DNA of 64,000 nt from Octopus sinensis (Eukaryota). The notes under the pieces are model-generated. The model saw only the letters and a program-made list of their open reading frames with translations, searched no databases and was not told the DNA's origin. Shown piece after piece: positions 50,965 through 64,000 of the stretch. The stretch spans positions 115,196,001-115,260,000 of the forward strand of contig NC_043002.1 of the NCBI RefSeq assembly GCF_006345805.1, given 5' to 3'. The translations under genes were made by a program, and so were the position numbers. The first letter of the stretch is position 1; every line of letters starts with the position of its first letter.

Positions 50965-51524
50965 GATTAAGAGGAAAAGAACAGAGAGGGAGAATGAAAT
51001 AATAAATTAAAAAATATTTAAAAAAAACAAGAGAAAAAAGTGTGTGATTAACGGTTCAGCATAATGAAATGCTCGGAAGAAAGGGGCTAAATGAAAGGGA
51101 GATAATAAGGGGTACCCGGACAAACTGAGGTGCGTAGGAGCGTGTGTGTATGTGAGAATGGTGCGTGTGAGTGTGTATGTGTGAATGGGGGCGAATGCAT
51201 CAGTATGTATGTGTGAGCGAGCTGAAAATAATGTGGCCTTGTGTGTGTGTGTGTGTGTTTGTATACGCAAGGAAAATGAATGAGGATATACTAAGTACCG
51301 TATAAAAAGATTCTTGATATATTGTAACTAACTCCGCTACCAGAGAAGATAGAACTATTGCTTAGTTGTACAAGTAAAGAGGAATCACACGAAAGAATCA
51401 GGATTTCTCCAAAATTGACATACCACTATGGAAAAGATAATCTGAATTTCTGATGACAAGAGGCAGTGGTATATATTTCTTCTTATATAAGCATCATCAA
51501 CACAGCAGATTCCCTACAAGCAAA

Positions 51525-51735
51525 ACTATACCTATTTCTTTACTACCCTCAAGGGGCTAAACACAGAGAGGACAAACAAGGACAGACAAACGGATTAAGT
51601 CGATTATATCGACCCCAGTGCGTAACTGGTTCTTATTTAAGCGACCCCGAGAGGATGAAAGGCATATTTGAACTCAGAACGAAATACCGCTAAGCATTTC
51701 GCCCGGCGCGCTAACGTTTCTACCAGCTCGTCAAC
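51525..51735 (-). mobile_element. SINE family C
   Basis: Reverse complement of the family C head/core. Confidence 0.8.
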
Positions 51736-52046
51736 TTCCTACAAGCAAAACTATACCTTTACACATGTAAACAAAATCCAGTCAGAACACATTTCATAGC
51801 TTAGATAATTTGCATAAATGAAATATGTCCCGAGATTGTGAGATTGTCTCTCTTTCTCATTTGCTTCCAAGCGATTGTCCTATCCTTTCTGGAAACGGAC
51901 ATTGTTTTAGCATACCTTTTGCCTTCTAAGGAATTAAAAAAAAAATTTTTATGCGCCCTTTTCAAGCCTAGCCATTTCTCATGTGCCCGTTTTCCCGGTT
52001 TATATTGCGTATGTGTTCTTCCCAGCTGGACGGGACGCCATTCCAT

Positions 52047-52239
52047 CGCAGCGTTACTCAAGAAACAGGAAGAAAGAGTGAGAGAAAGTTGGGGCGAAAG
52101 AGTACCCCCTGCCGGAGCCTCGCAGAGCTTTAGGTGTTTTCGCTCAATAAACACACACAACGCCCGGTCTGGAAATCGAAACCGCGATCCTCCGGACCGC
52201 GAGTCCGCTGCCCTAACCACTGGGCCATTGCGCCTCCAC
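52047..52239 (-). mobile_element. SINE family B, 5' half
   Basis: tRNA-like head cagtggaggcgcaatggcccagtggttagggcagcggactc on the minus strand. Confidence 0.8.
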
Positions 52240-52374
52240 TGTATGGAAATTAATATGTCCTTATTTGTCAAATACATACCTCTGATTACTATGAGTCATA
52301 TACATATTTGTATATTTAATTGTATATACAATCGTAAACCGAATACCAAAACCACTAAGCCACGCGCCTTCATG

Positions 52375-52556
52375 TACCTACATACATACATACATACATG
52401 CATACATACATACACACATACATACATACATACATACATGCATGCATGCATGCATGCATACATACATACATACATACATACATACATACATACATACATA
52501 CATACATACATACATACATACATACATACATACATACATACATACATACATACATA
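52375..52556. repeat. (CATA)n microsatellite
   Basis: Direct reading. Confidence 0.95.
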
Positions 52557-53519
52557 CTTATTTACTTACCTTGCATTTTAAGACCACCCGAAAGGCGTTA
52601 GAATCACCCGAAAGGCGGGATTTCTGCAAGTATAGGACAATTCCACTCTGTCACATTTTAAAGTAACTCATCTCGCTAATTGTAGGAGTCAATTCTTTGA
52701 AATTGTGCCACATATTAATACCTACATCCAATGCTGCATAATGAAGTTGACTGTGTCACTAGTTGGACATAAAGTTTTTTTACCGTGATTGATACGCATT
52801 AAATACCTGGAATAAAGTGACTATGAACAGTTCGTAGACTGCAAGAAGCAAATTACACTGCATCTAAAAATGTGGATACTACTTGTATTTACAAGGTGTT
52901 GGGATCAACGTGAGGGCTGTGTGCATGTTGATTCCAAACTGAAGCCATCTTTACTTTGGTTACATTGCTACTTTCCTTTGGAAGGTAAAAATACACATTT
53001 TTGCATGAAGCAAATATCATATGTATATTATAAATTTGGTGTCGCGAAAATTCGAAATAGTAATGTTCCCGTAAAGGTTGCATATTTTGCGTTTCCACTG
53101 AATAATCATCATTTTATATCTCATGTTTTTCACTTTATTCATACGAAATGCAGTCACCGGGATAAACTGGAGAATGCTGCTACATACTGGTTTCAAATTT
53201 TGGCACAAGACCAGAAGTTTCGAGGTAGAGAATATGTCAATTACATAGACCCCAGTACTCAACTGGTACCTATTTTATCGAGGTGAAGTCGACCTCGGCG
53301 GAATTTCAACTAAAAACTTGAAGACGGACAAAATGCTGCTAAGCACTGTGCCCGGTTTGCTTACGATTTTGCCAGCTCACCGTCTTAATACTGCTACATA
53401 TTAAAGCATGGTCATTTAGTTACAATGTAATGCTGAGTTATATGCTTACCACGGCACTCAAACTCAGCGGTCAAGAATGAACTGTAGTTATCACACATGA
53501 GGCATGAATAAATATCGCG

Positions 53520-53771
53520 TACTTTTGCTGATACAAGACCATATATATATAACGTGATCACGTGACCGACCAGACCATCAGATGTTGCTACACATCGCTG
53601 GTCACAATGCGTTCGCATTGTTTTAGCCTTCGAATGCTAAGCGAGCAGGCCAACAGAAGAAAGAGTGAGAGAACGAGTGGTGAAAGAGTACAGCAGGGAC
53701 CCCTTCCCTGCCGGAGCCCTGTGGAACTTTAGGTGTTTTCGCTCAATAAACACTCACAACGCCCGGTCTGG

Positions 53772-53772
<1 letters not shown>
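53520..53772 (-). mobile_element. SINE related to family B with a different tail, truncated at (TA)n
   Basis: Shares gttgtgagtgtttattgagcgaaaacacctaaag; the distinct tail is catcagatgttgctacacatcgctggtcac. Confidence 0.65.
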
Positions 53773-53824
<52 letters not shown>

Positions 53825-56087
53825 GAAATGAGAAGAGGAAGTTGTGTCGTAGGTATTTAGTAATCTAAATAATATAAATGAATATGAGTAATTTAACCGT
53901 GAAAAAAATCAACTGGCATTTTTATTTACCGAGAAATTTTATTTTTGCGCTACGCTGCCATTTAAAAGAGCAATAATGAAAACTACACAAGCTTAACACG
54001 AATAAGATTCTGACCTCTATATTCACAATTTGAATTTTATGTATAATACTCTGTGATTACAAACTCCTAAAATGTCCTTTCCTTCGTTTTAAACAAATTA
54101 GATACGTCACGCATTATACAGAGTCACTGAACCCGAGTGAGCTTTAACAAATTATATTGAAGTACATAATCAAGAGCTAATTTAACACATTTGTTAATTT
54201 CAACTTCACATTACGTGTCTTTCATTAAAAGCCATGCGATAAATTAAATTATGTTTGATTTTAAATCTGTGCTACAGAAAATCATTTTGAATTCTAGTTT
54301 CACATTCGTAAATGCACAAAATAATGCTAGGCTGTATTGCATGCAAACAGTGTTTATATAATTTTCCACAATGTTTATATGGACTGAAATTCTGTAACAT
54401 TTTCAAATGTTTTATGCAGAACATAAATGTGTACTTTAAAAGAACCTACCAGATTTTAAACTTTTACTTCTAAGTGTGGAGAAAATGCACTCTGTTGTGT
54501 ATTCTATTTCTGCTGGCGAAATTCAGCTCCATTTCCTCGGAATTCTATTTTGCTTCATTATTACATTATCATCTGCAAAGCACCGATTTGCTTCAAAGCA
54601 AACTTGTGGCTAATTAGTTTTTTATTCAACATCAAAAAGAAGATGGAATATTGTTAGCCAAAGATTATGTACTGATTACAACTAATTTTGGTTAGCAATT
54701 TTGAAAAAGATACATTATAAAACTTAACTCAAACACTCAAATTCAACCCCTGTATACCCGAAACGATTCTAAATTAACTTGTCTTTTTTTTTACTCTTCT
54801 GAATCTATAATAAAAGGCATTTCCTTGGAGTAATTTAAAGTTGTATAAAATTCTTTCGAGTGCCAATCACATGAAAATTTGAATGGCATTTATAAAGATT
54901 AGATTTGTTACAAGTAAATCATTGGAATAATACCACTAAGAAGCTTCGCTCCGAGCTACTTTGACTAAACATTTGACTATTTTTATACTCTGAAACACGG
55001 GAACAATAATTTTAATATGTTCGACAGAAATTAGACATATTAGACAAAATAAGTATTACAAAGAAATTAGTTCTGAAAACCAACCATTCTTTAGCGTCTT
55101 ATAACGGTAGACTGACATTGTTTTGCAAAGAAGTACTGAGGAGATACATTATAGAACAAAGAAAATCGAATTGTAGTTATAAACGGCCTTTTTAAAGTCT
55201 GATAATCTATCATTACAACCTGGGCCGGAAAAATATTCAGTCTTGCTGAGATACATTCTGTACAAACACACGAAAGACTTCCTGTGCAGTATTGCTCGCA
55301 TATTCGCGATTGCACACATGAGGCCCTAGTTTGTATTCGAATCACGACCATTCTGTTAATTTGAAACATTTGATCCCACATTAGCTATAATCACTAACTC
55401 AAAGACATGTTGCCCTCCTTCACGCTTCAACTGATTGTTTTTACATCTCTGTGCTTCCTAGATATCTAGTTCCATAGTCTGTCCACCTAGAAATATCTGT
55501 AACATTTAGCCTCGACATTCTGTATCTCAACTCGTTTTTCTTAATTATTTCCAGTACCGCTCCATTCTACAAGTGTCTCCTAGACTACATTTTCTCTACA
55601 GACATTGACTTACAGATGTTTAGTATAAACATCTACTGTTTCGATCCCACTAGTCTAGAAGAGTATGTCAAAATTATGGATACCTCTTCTGCTCCGCTGA
55701 ATATGTCATAATTCAAATGCATATGGTTCAATGAATAAGACCTAATAATATTTAAATAATTCTAGTTTACAGAAACTTAATTATATTCCTTTTCTGAATT
55801 ATATTAAAGACTACTGTTGTGAGCTATTTAAAATTTTAATTTTTTAAATTGTTGATTGGAGAAAGAGTAGCTCTCTTGATACTTTCCAGAGACTGAAATT
55901 GTTGGAAGGAAGGGAATAGATTATTCTCAGAACAAAGGCCTTATACTACTGCTTGCAACGGAGTGAACTCCACGAAAGGAACTAAGGGCCAGTGTTGATC
56001 AAGTATATGTATATATATATGTACGTATGTATGTATGCATGTACGCATGCACGTGTGTATGTATGTATACATATATGCATTTATATG

Positions 56088-56305
56088 TACGAAGTGGTGC
56101 TGAAAAGTTCTTGGTTTTGGGTAAAAGAAAATACAGGAGGACCAGTTAATAATGGATTTATTTAATATATTCCCCTCTCAGATTCATACATTCATTGCAG
56201 CAGTCCTTCAGTCTTTCTAAGTCCCGTAAAAGAACTCGGAAGATTGGGCCCCCAAACAGGCCTTCCGCGACACTCTTAATATCAGGTTTTCAGCAACCCC
56301 TCGTA
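56088..56305 (-). mobile_element. Mariner-derived MITE (~218 bp)
   Basis: TA-flanked imperfect TIRs tacgaagtggtgctgaaaag / ttttcagcaacccctcgta. Confidence 0.75.
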
Positions 56306-56335
56306 TGTATATTTTTAAAATATACGTGTGTGTGC

Positions 56336-56378
<43 letters not shown>

Positions 56379-56769
56379 CATACATACACACATACATAAA
56401 TGGAAGTATAATTAAAAGAAATCAGCATTCAACTTCTTTATTTGGTGTTATAAATGTGTAATAACAGGTTGATACGGCCCCACAAGGTTTCGTGAATGCA
56501 GCACAGATCCACATCATGAAATGTACGGAGTCGCGGTGGACAGAATTTGAAACAAATTTTGAAATGGCTTCTAAGTGAAAATACTTGAGGCCCCGTCGGT
56601 TACTTGATGAAGATATTAGTCTAGTAATGTCAGGTTACCTATCAGTTTGCGTGCAAAGAATGGCTACGTAAATATTGCCGGGTGATAATATGACACATTA
56701 TACTGAATAGGCTATACTCTCATTACGAACGCTTGGGATTATATTTTCTGCGATTTTGCATGAGGTAAA

Positions 56770-56816
56770 ATGGTTCAGGGTTCAGTCCCACTGCATGTCA
56801 CTTTCATAACCTATAT

Positions 56817-56859
<43 letters not shown>

Positions 56860-57080
56860 GTTTGTGTGTGTGTGTGTGAGTGTATGTGTGTCTTTGTATC
56901 TGTTTTTATCTCTTGCCACCGCTTGACAACCAGTGTTGGTGTGTTTATGACCCCCTAAATTAGCAGTTCGGCAAAAGACACTGACAGAATAAGAACTAGG
57001 CTTTAAAAAAGTACATCCTGGGGCCGATTCTTCAAGCCGATGCTCCAGCATGGCCACGGTCTAATTACTGAAACAAATGA
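56770..57080 (+). mobile_element. SINE family A (diverged)
   Basis: ggttcagggttcagtcccactgc head, microsatellite, gctccagcatggccac tail. An oppositely oriented copy follows at ~57165-57560. Confidence 0.7.
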
Positions 57081-58289
57081 TATTAGAAGAGATAACTTAT
57101 CCATGGCAGGGTCTTTTCAGAAAGGTCATTATGCCAACAATACATATTATTTTATATTCTTTAATTTAATCCATTGCGGCCACGCTGGAGTATTGTCTTG
57201 AAGAGTTATAAGTGAATACATCGACCCCAGTATTTCTTTTTCATTTTAAGTCAGCTTTTTATTCTCTCGGTCTCTTATGCCAAACCGACAAGTTACGGAG
57301 CGTAAAGAAATCGACACTGGTTTCCATCCTTCAAGCAAGAGATAGCAAGCAGACACAAAGACACGCGCGCATGCATATACGCATGTGTGTGTGCGTGTGT
57401 GCGTGCGTGCGTGCGTGCGTGTGTGTGTGTGTATGTGCGTGTTTATGTGTGTGTGTGTTGATATAATGGGTTTCAACACTGATTCTGTCTATCAAATTTA
57501 TTCATAAGTCATTGGTTAGCCTGGAGCTACAGTGCAAAACACTTAACCAAAGTGCCACGCAGCAAAATGAACCCTAAAACCCGAAAGTAGATAGATAGAT
57601 AGATAGATACATACATACATACACACATACATACATACACATATATACATATATAAATATACAAATACATACACATGCATATATGTAGACATACATACCT
57701 ACATACACACATACATACGCACGTACATACATACACACGCATACATACATGCATACGTACATACATACATAAAGAAGTTTCTCATTTAAGTATGTATGAG
57801 CATGTCTAGATATGCAAGTATATGCATGAGAAGATACACAAAGCAAACATACAAATCTGCACGTATACATACATACATACATACATACATACATACATGG
57901 GGACTGCCCCCTCGTTATCGAGTATGGCCATTGCACGAAGCTTAATCAATGTTGTTATCGTGCAATGCCTGTGCAAGAAGATTTTTTTTTTAAGTGAGGA
58001 AAGGCTGTGCATTGAGTCAATCCCACTCACTAAGCAAGAGCAGCCATACTCCGAAAAGAAGAACAAGTCAACATCATCGGTAACCACTGAGCCGCAGGTT
58101 TTATGTCGGAGTTATCTCAGTTACCTAAGTTACCTTCTCCTAGAAGGATGCCCTAACAAAGGCTAGGAGTCCTTCATTCCCAATGTTTTAACCGCGCGAT
58201 CGGGTAATCAGTCCCATTATTTCTATGTCCCCGCGTATACATACATACATACATACATACTAAAAGAATACCCTGTTGTGGATGTTGGA

Positions 58290-59340
58290 ATTCCAGTAAG
58301 AGAGCCTTGAGGCTGGGTTAGAAAGGCAGTGCTGAAACGTGAAATGAGCAACATTGTACGAATTTGTAGTGAGCTCCTCAACAAGCACTCTCTTCCTGAT
58401 GATCAATACAACCCCAAAACAACTGGGCTCCCTTACCTCAGAGAAGACCTGGAAAGCACTCGGCGTGCAAAAGAAAGACTTGCATGGGTATGTTGCCCGG
58501 AAGCTTGAAGAAGATAGTAAAATTGACACGAAGCGCAGCCTCTCTTGGGCACAAGACCACTACATCACATCATACTTTGAGGGCTACGCGTTTAAAATCC
58601 AGGAAAAGGAGATTGTCACAAAGTACCTGGTGAACAAGAGAGACAAATGACGCTCTTGTAATCCCAAGGTGCAACCGTATGTGTAGGCTATGTCATGTTT
58701 CTGCGGAAGACATCAAGCACGTGATTAGCAGCTGCCCTAAAATGTCGTCATGGTACTACTTCCCTATGCGACATGTTGTTGCTAAAACAATTTACAATGC
58801 CATCCGCAAAAAAGACTCTCCTGAAAGAAACTTAGAAAATCCCTCTGTTATGGAATACATTCATAAACACCAACTCAAGGAATACTGGTGGAATATTCCC
58901 CTCAAAACTTCTGTCAAATGTAAACATAACAGGCCGGATATTGTTGTTTGGGACAGAGGGGCAAAAGTATGTACCATCATAGAGGTCAGCTACCCTGCAG
59001 ATATAGATGGCTCTCTGAAAATCAAAGAAAAAGAGGATACCTATGGACAACTGCCTCTATATCCAGACTATGAATTCATATTCATACCAATAATAATTGG
59101 AGCACTAGGTTCTGTTAGTAAATGCTTAAAAGAAGTTGGATAAACTGGGATTTTCAGAAAGAAAAATCGACTGGTTAATTCGTACATTACAAATGCAGTC
59201 TGTGAGTGGAACAGTAAAAATATGCAGGACTTTTGTCAAGTTTCAAATGTGAATTTGTCTGTGTTAACTACATCCCAAAGATGGAGCCTTGTATCTTTGT
59301 TGGAAACCGGCTCCCTCCTCAGCGGAAGATTTGTAATAAT
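58290..59340 (+). mobile_element. 5'-truncated RLE-type non-LTR retrotransposon (R4/Dong-like, different subfamily)
   Basis: GYAFKIQEKEIVTKY, CRLC..EDIKHVISSC, RH, HNRPDIVVWD..IIEV and IPIIIGALG; several stops/frameshifts. Confidence 0.85.
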
Positions 59341-59381
59341 TAAAAAATTGAAGAGAGATACATACATTTAAACATGCATGC

Positions 59382-59537
<156 letters not shown>

Positions 59538-60081
59538 TATTCGTAGAGTTGTCTCGTGAGATAGAATACCTCTCACTATTTGTTCCGACGTTTTGTATTC
59601 TGAATTTCAATCCCGCCGAGATCAGCTTTGCATTTCGTCCTTTTTGTGTCGATAAAAAGTACAAATCAAAAGTGATGGATTGACTGAACTGTAATAACTT
59701 TGGACTAGATGCTTTGTTGTATTTGTGCTGGCTCTTTGCGTTGGGAGTTGAAATCCTGCCATGGCTTACTTGAATGGTAGCCTAAAACTGTTACCCGGTT
59801 TATCCTTTAGTGTCCCCTTCGTTCCAGGACTCCAGCCTGATAAGACCTTTGTCACTCCCAGCAACTAGTCTCAGAGGCCCTGCTTAACGTCATGGTTAGT
59901 TCCTTCTCTCCTCACTAAAAGAGCACATACATTAATATACTTACATATTCAAGTGTAATATTATGTAGCATTAAGATTTACAACATATACTTAAACAATT
60001 GCGCGTAACTATACATACACTTATTTGCTAATAGACACACGCATTTTTATTACTGAATTTAATCTAAAAATATAATCTAAA

Positions 60082-60115
60082 TCAGTCATGGGAAAAACTG
60101 CGGCCCGCGGGACGA
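60082..60115 (+). mobile_element. hAT-type transposon terminus
   Basis: cagtcatgggaaaaactgcggcccgcggg resembles CAG..GTGGGCAAACTGCGGCCCGCGG ends of Charlie-like elements. Confidence 0.5.
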
Positions 60116-61829
60116 CTGCACCACGATGCTTTCTGAGTGGCATACCTAACGAAAAATTACCTTGAATTTCTAAGCACCACGGCCCGCTTGATGATGAGCA
60201 GTGCCTCATGCAGCCCACTTCTCTGGGAAAAAAATGCTTTTCTATGCCTGATTTAAAGTATACTTCTAAATACTCTCATCGCAATCATCTCAAATTATTA
60301 TAGACTCTGTAGTTCTTTTCGAAAACACTTCCTCTTTACTTGTGTGTTATATATTTTCTTGTATTTCAATATAAAAGCCACAGACATTAATTTCCAGAAA
60401 TAAGCGTCTTGACCTTTACCATTCTGAAATATTCTACATTAACACCAAAGAAAAATTATTTGGAGTTCCAGTGAATAAGATTAAATCGTATGCTTATTGC
60501 TTGCTGAAAATTAATTCTCTCGTGTTTCTTCTTTCCTTGGAAACTTTTATTTCTTTTAAGAATGTAAATATTTAAATAATAATCTTACTATATATCTTTC
60601 CTGAAGATAAGCTTATTGACTTGAAATCCAATAATTTATGAATATATATTTTTATCTAAATATCATGAGGTTTATCTAATTTATAGTTATCAAATTGAAA
60701 TATCAACACTTCTGTTCGTCATTAATAAACGTAGGCTATATATATTGACATACTGATCTTGTTTCTTGCATACAATATTCAATTTTAAAAATAGATATAT
60801 GCCAATGTAGAATAAAGATACTTGCCAAAATGTAGCCTTATTTAACTGGAATTATGACATTTCAAATATCCGAGATGCCATGTTTAAGCAATGAATATCA
60901 TATCAATTTTATTCAAGGAAGTGAGTGGTAATGAATCGTAAAGAATTCGGTACTGAATCTTCATTGCATGTAAGAAATCGTTTATTTCTGCATTCTAAAT
61001 TAAAATATCTATTTTCTATTATCCTCATAACCTTCATTTTATTTCTGGATCGAAGTGCAAAGACAATGTCGGATATTAAGAGTAAATGGTATTAATGCAC
61101 TTAAAATAATTGAAGATTTGGAGGGAAGATAGAAACATTTCGCAAGACAATAGCTCCCAGATTGAAAAATGTATGTATAGCGTAGTAAGACGTTAGATTG
61201 CTGGATTGTCGACATCTTTAGAAAACTGCTATAATTAGGAAAAGAGAAAAAACAAAAAGAGTAACAGCAAAGAGTTAAATGTTTTCATTAAAGGTTAATC
61301 TTTTATACAAAATTTTTACATAATGCTTTTGTAGTCATCCTTACACCAATAATAATGAATATCTCAATCTAAATACGAGAACAACTCAAGAAGATTGTTA
61401 AGGCTTTTTTGAAAAATTTAAAATCTCATAGCTTATATTCAAATATCCGTTTCGATATGATATACTGAACTCAATTAAGATTCTGCAAACCTCCTCCGTA
61501 AAAGACAGAATAATGGATTAACAAATATATAAATGTGAAGGAGATACTCCTCATCCGTGGATATTTATGTAGTCAAGCGTGACAGTCATGCATTGGAAGC
61601 AATTTATGTGATGGAATTTATACGTAGGAATTTATTATTGTAAGAGTATTCGATTATAAGAGTAGACGAGCTATGGCATTTGGAAAGTTTAGATTTAGGG
61701 CACTGGGAAATGTTGTTCCAATAAAAAGTGGAACATATTGACTTTCTCGGCTGATTGCGTCTAGTCAGAGTGAATTATATAAGTTACGATTATTTATTTA
61801 TTTATTTATTATTTAAACTACATCAACAT

Positions 61830-62200
61830 ACAGGCGCAGGCGTGGTTGTAACATAAGAAACTTGCTTCCCGACCACATGGTTCCGGATTTAGTGCCACTG
61901 CGGAGCACTTACGGTAAGTGTCTTCTACCGACCAAATCCTTGGGAGTGGGTTTGGTAGACGGAAACTAGAAAAAGCCTGTCGTATATATATATATGTGTG
62001 TGTGTGTATGTGTGTGTGTGTGTGTGTGAGCGTTTGTCCACTCACCATCGCCTGACAACCGATGTTGGTGTGTTCACGTCCCCGTAACTTAGCGTTTCGG
62101 CAAAAGAGACCGATAAAATAAGTACTAGGCTTACAAAGAATAAGTACTTGAGATGATTTGGTTGCAGTCATATGACTGAAACAAGTAACAGAATAAAATA
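61830..62200 (+). mobile_element. SINE family A
   Basis: caggcgcaggcgtggttg..cacatggttccgg head, internal (TG)n, family tail. Confidence 0.8.
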
Positions 62201-64000
62201 ATACCATGCTAAATAGTTGATGAATACCGATCTTTATAATTGTTAAGAACACTAAAGATTCTGATAAATAGTTTCTGAAGTTACATCTCTCAGAAACAAA
62301 CTTGGTTGTGATCTTTTTCCGAACCACTTTTTTTTCTTATAGGAAGCTTCTGTAAGTGAAACCTTTAAACCTGACGATACAAGACAGAAGCTAATTTATA
62401 TAAAGTATATACTCTTCACTGCAATATTTTATTAAAAGTGCCTGTTCATCAGTGATAAACAGCTCTCCAATGAAAATATAGTTTTAAAAAAAGCCCATAA
62501 TATTTGAGAACTATAACACGAAGTATAAGTTTACCGACCGGTCACTTTCGATTATTCAATCAATAGACTTAGGCATGACCTAGTGGTTAAGGAATTTCGA
62601 GTTTGATCTTACGGTGCAATATCTTCAGCAAGTCTATTAACCCAAGCCTCGCAAACGAAATTTCACAAATATAAAATGTGTAGATTATATTTGTAATGCG
62701 AATGTTCAGCCTGATAACATATTGTATCACGAACTGCTCCAGCCTGAGAATTGCGCTAATGGTATATGTCTGTGGTATACTCAATCACTTGCACATTCAC
62801 TTAACGAGGAATTTTTCCAGTTGATGAAATAAGTGAATACTCGTCATGATAATCAACGGGGGATCCACCATCATTCAGTAAATACATTTTTCTCTTTATT
62901 GTAAATCATGTAAGAGAGATACATTTTGTAGAGCATTACTTCCATACTTTTGAGATTTTTTAATAGTTTAATACTTCTCATTTTTTCCTAATGATTTTCG
63001 CTCTGTAATAAATAGCAATAACATAATTCTCCAGATCTTAAGACCATCATAAGTCATCCATAATTTGTGTTCTTCAAAGATGAATAGAGCCAATATTTTG
63101 CAATATACTTTGATGGATCACTATGATTTCTAGTTTATTTGCAAATGAATTTACTTGTTTTTGAAACGATAGTTGAGTTGGGAAAAAGTAATTGCCGTGT
63201 AAGTTATATGCTTGAATTTCATAGGCAAACATTGAGTTGACATCCAGAAAAGCTGACAAAATATACTGTGCTAGCTGCTTTACAAGAAAGTTTACGAGTT
63301 GCCAGAGAGTTAAAGTGTCACCTAACTTCAAGGACATACATGGATGGGTCCAAGTCATTGATAGTTGTAACATCAATTTACTTTGCGGCTCTTTTCCGAT
63401 ACTGACATGTGATCAAAGCAGTGTTGAGCAGACTATGAAAACCTGGCGAGATTTGATTCGACCAAAACATGTCTTTGGGTTTTTCCTTGCCTGTAATGAA
63501 AGATCAGATTTCCAATAAGCCTCTAAATTATTTAGGAAAATTAATTCTCCATTTCTTGAAATCATTGCTCTTCGTTTTAAAAGTTGTTAACAGTTATCAC
63601 AGGGTTTTTGTTTTCTTTATCTAATAAGAAAAATATCCAAGGGAGAAATAATAGCAGCAACCACTACAGTGTGACTGCCGACGTATAGAGGGATTCATTT
63701 TTTTACACAGAAAATGTTCGAATATTTATAGATATTGGGAAAATACTAACATTGTTTATCTATCTTATGGACACTGACGTCAGATATTGTTTTGGCTATG
63801 GACACTGCAATCAATTTTGTTTGGACGAAGTGAGAAAAGAAAAGTTGTAAATAAGAATATGCACATTCACTATACTAGTACAGTAGAATAGAAAGCTGGC
63901 CAACTAACCATACAAAAATGGAAATATTTCTGTTCAAGTTTACAATGACCAGATACAAGATAACCTAAGGTTTGTAGCTAGGTTGTCATCACAAGAAGTA

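Noticed and set aside
57900-58230. GC-richer segment with ttaccttctcctag..ccctaacaaaggctag resembling an RTE-type tail
   Set aside because: Similarity is recalled only loosely and no coding motif supports it, so I did not call it.

Overview
This is a 64-kb AT-rich, repeat-saturated animal genomic window. The SINE families and microsatellite landscape look like an Octopus/cephalopod genome; that is inferred by recognition, not by search. I found no host gene I can support. Contents: tRNA-derived SINEs of at least five families, R4/Dong-clade LINE remnants, Tc1/mariner, hAT and Helitron remnants, Penelope-like pLTR fragments, many microsatellites and a 100-N gap (46373-46472). The standout is a ~3.2-kb tandem array (25018-28261) of a ~360-bp unit, embedded in (TA)n. 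Every unit carries a type I hammerhead ribozyme with the compensatory U3-A8 core (UUGAAAA instead of CUGANGA), a 6-bp stem I with a UAC bulge, a CAAUA loop II and a palindromic ACGCGU stem III. This is the architecture of a metazoan retrozyme (self-cleaving tandem RNA, putative circRNA). The array flips orientation at ~26212. At least four other unrelated hammerhead or hammerhead-like motif families occur in the window: one with a ~75-nt stem II insertion (23665-23780), two inverted-repeat elements with outward-facing ribozymes (41935-42656, 36250-36680), and minimal pLTR variants. All structure calls were made by eye and need folding and cleavage tests.
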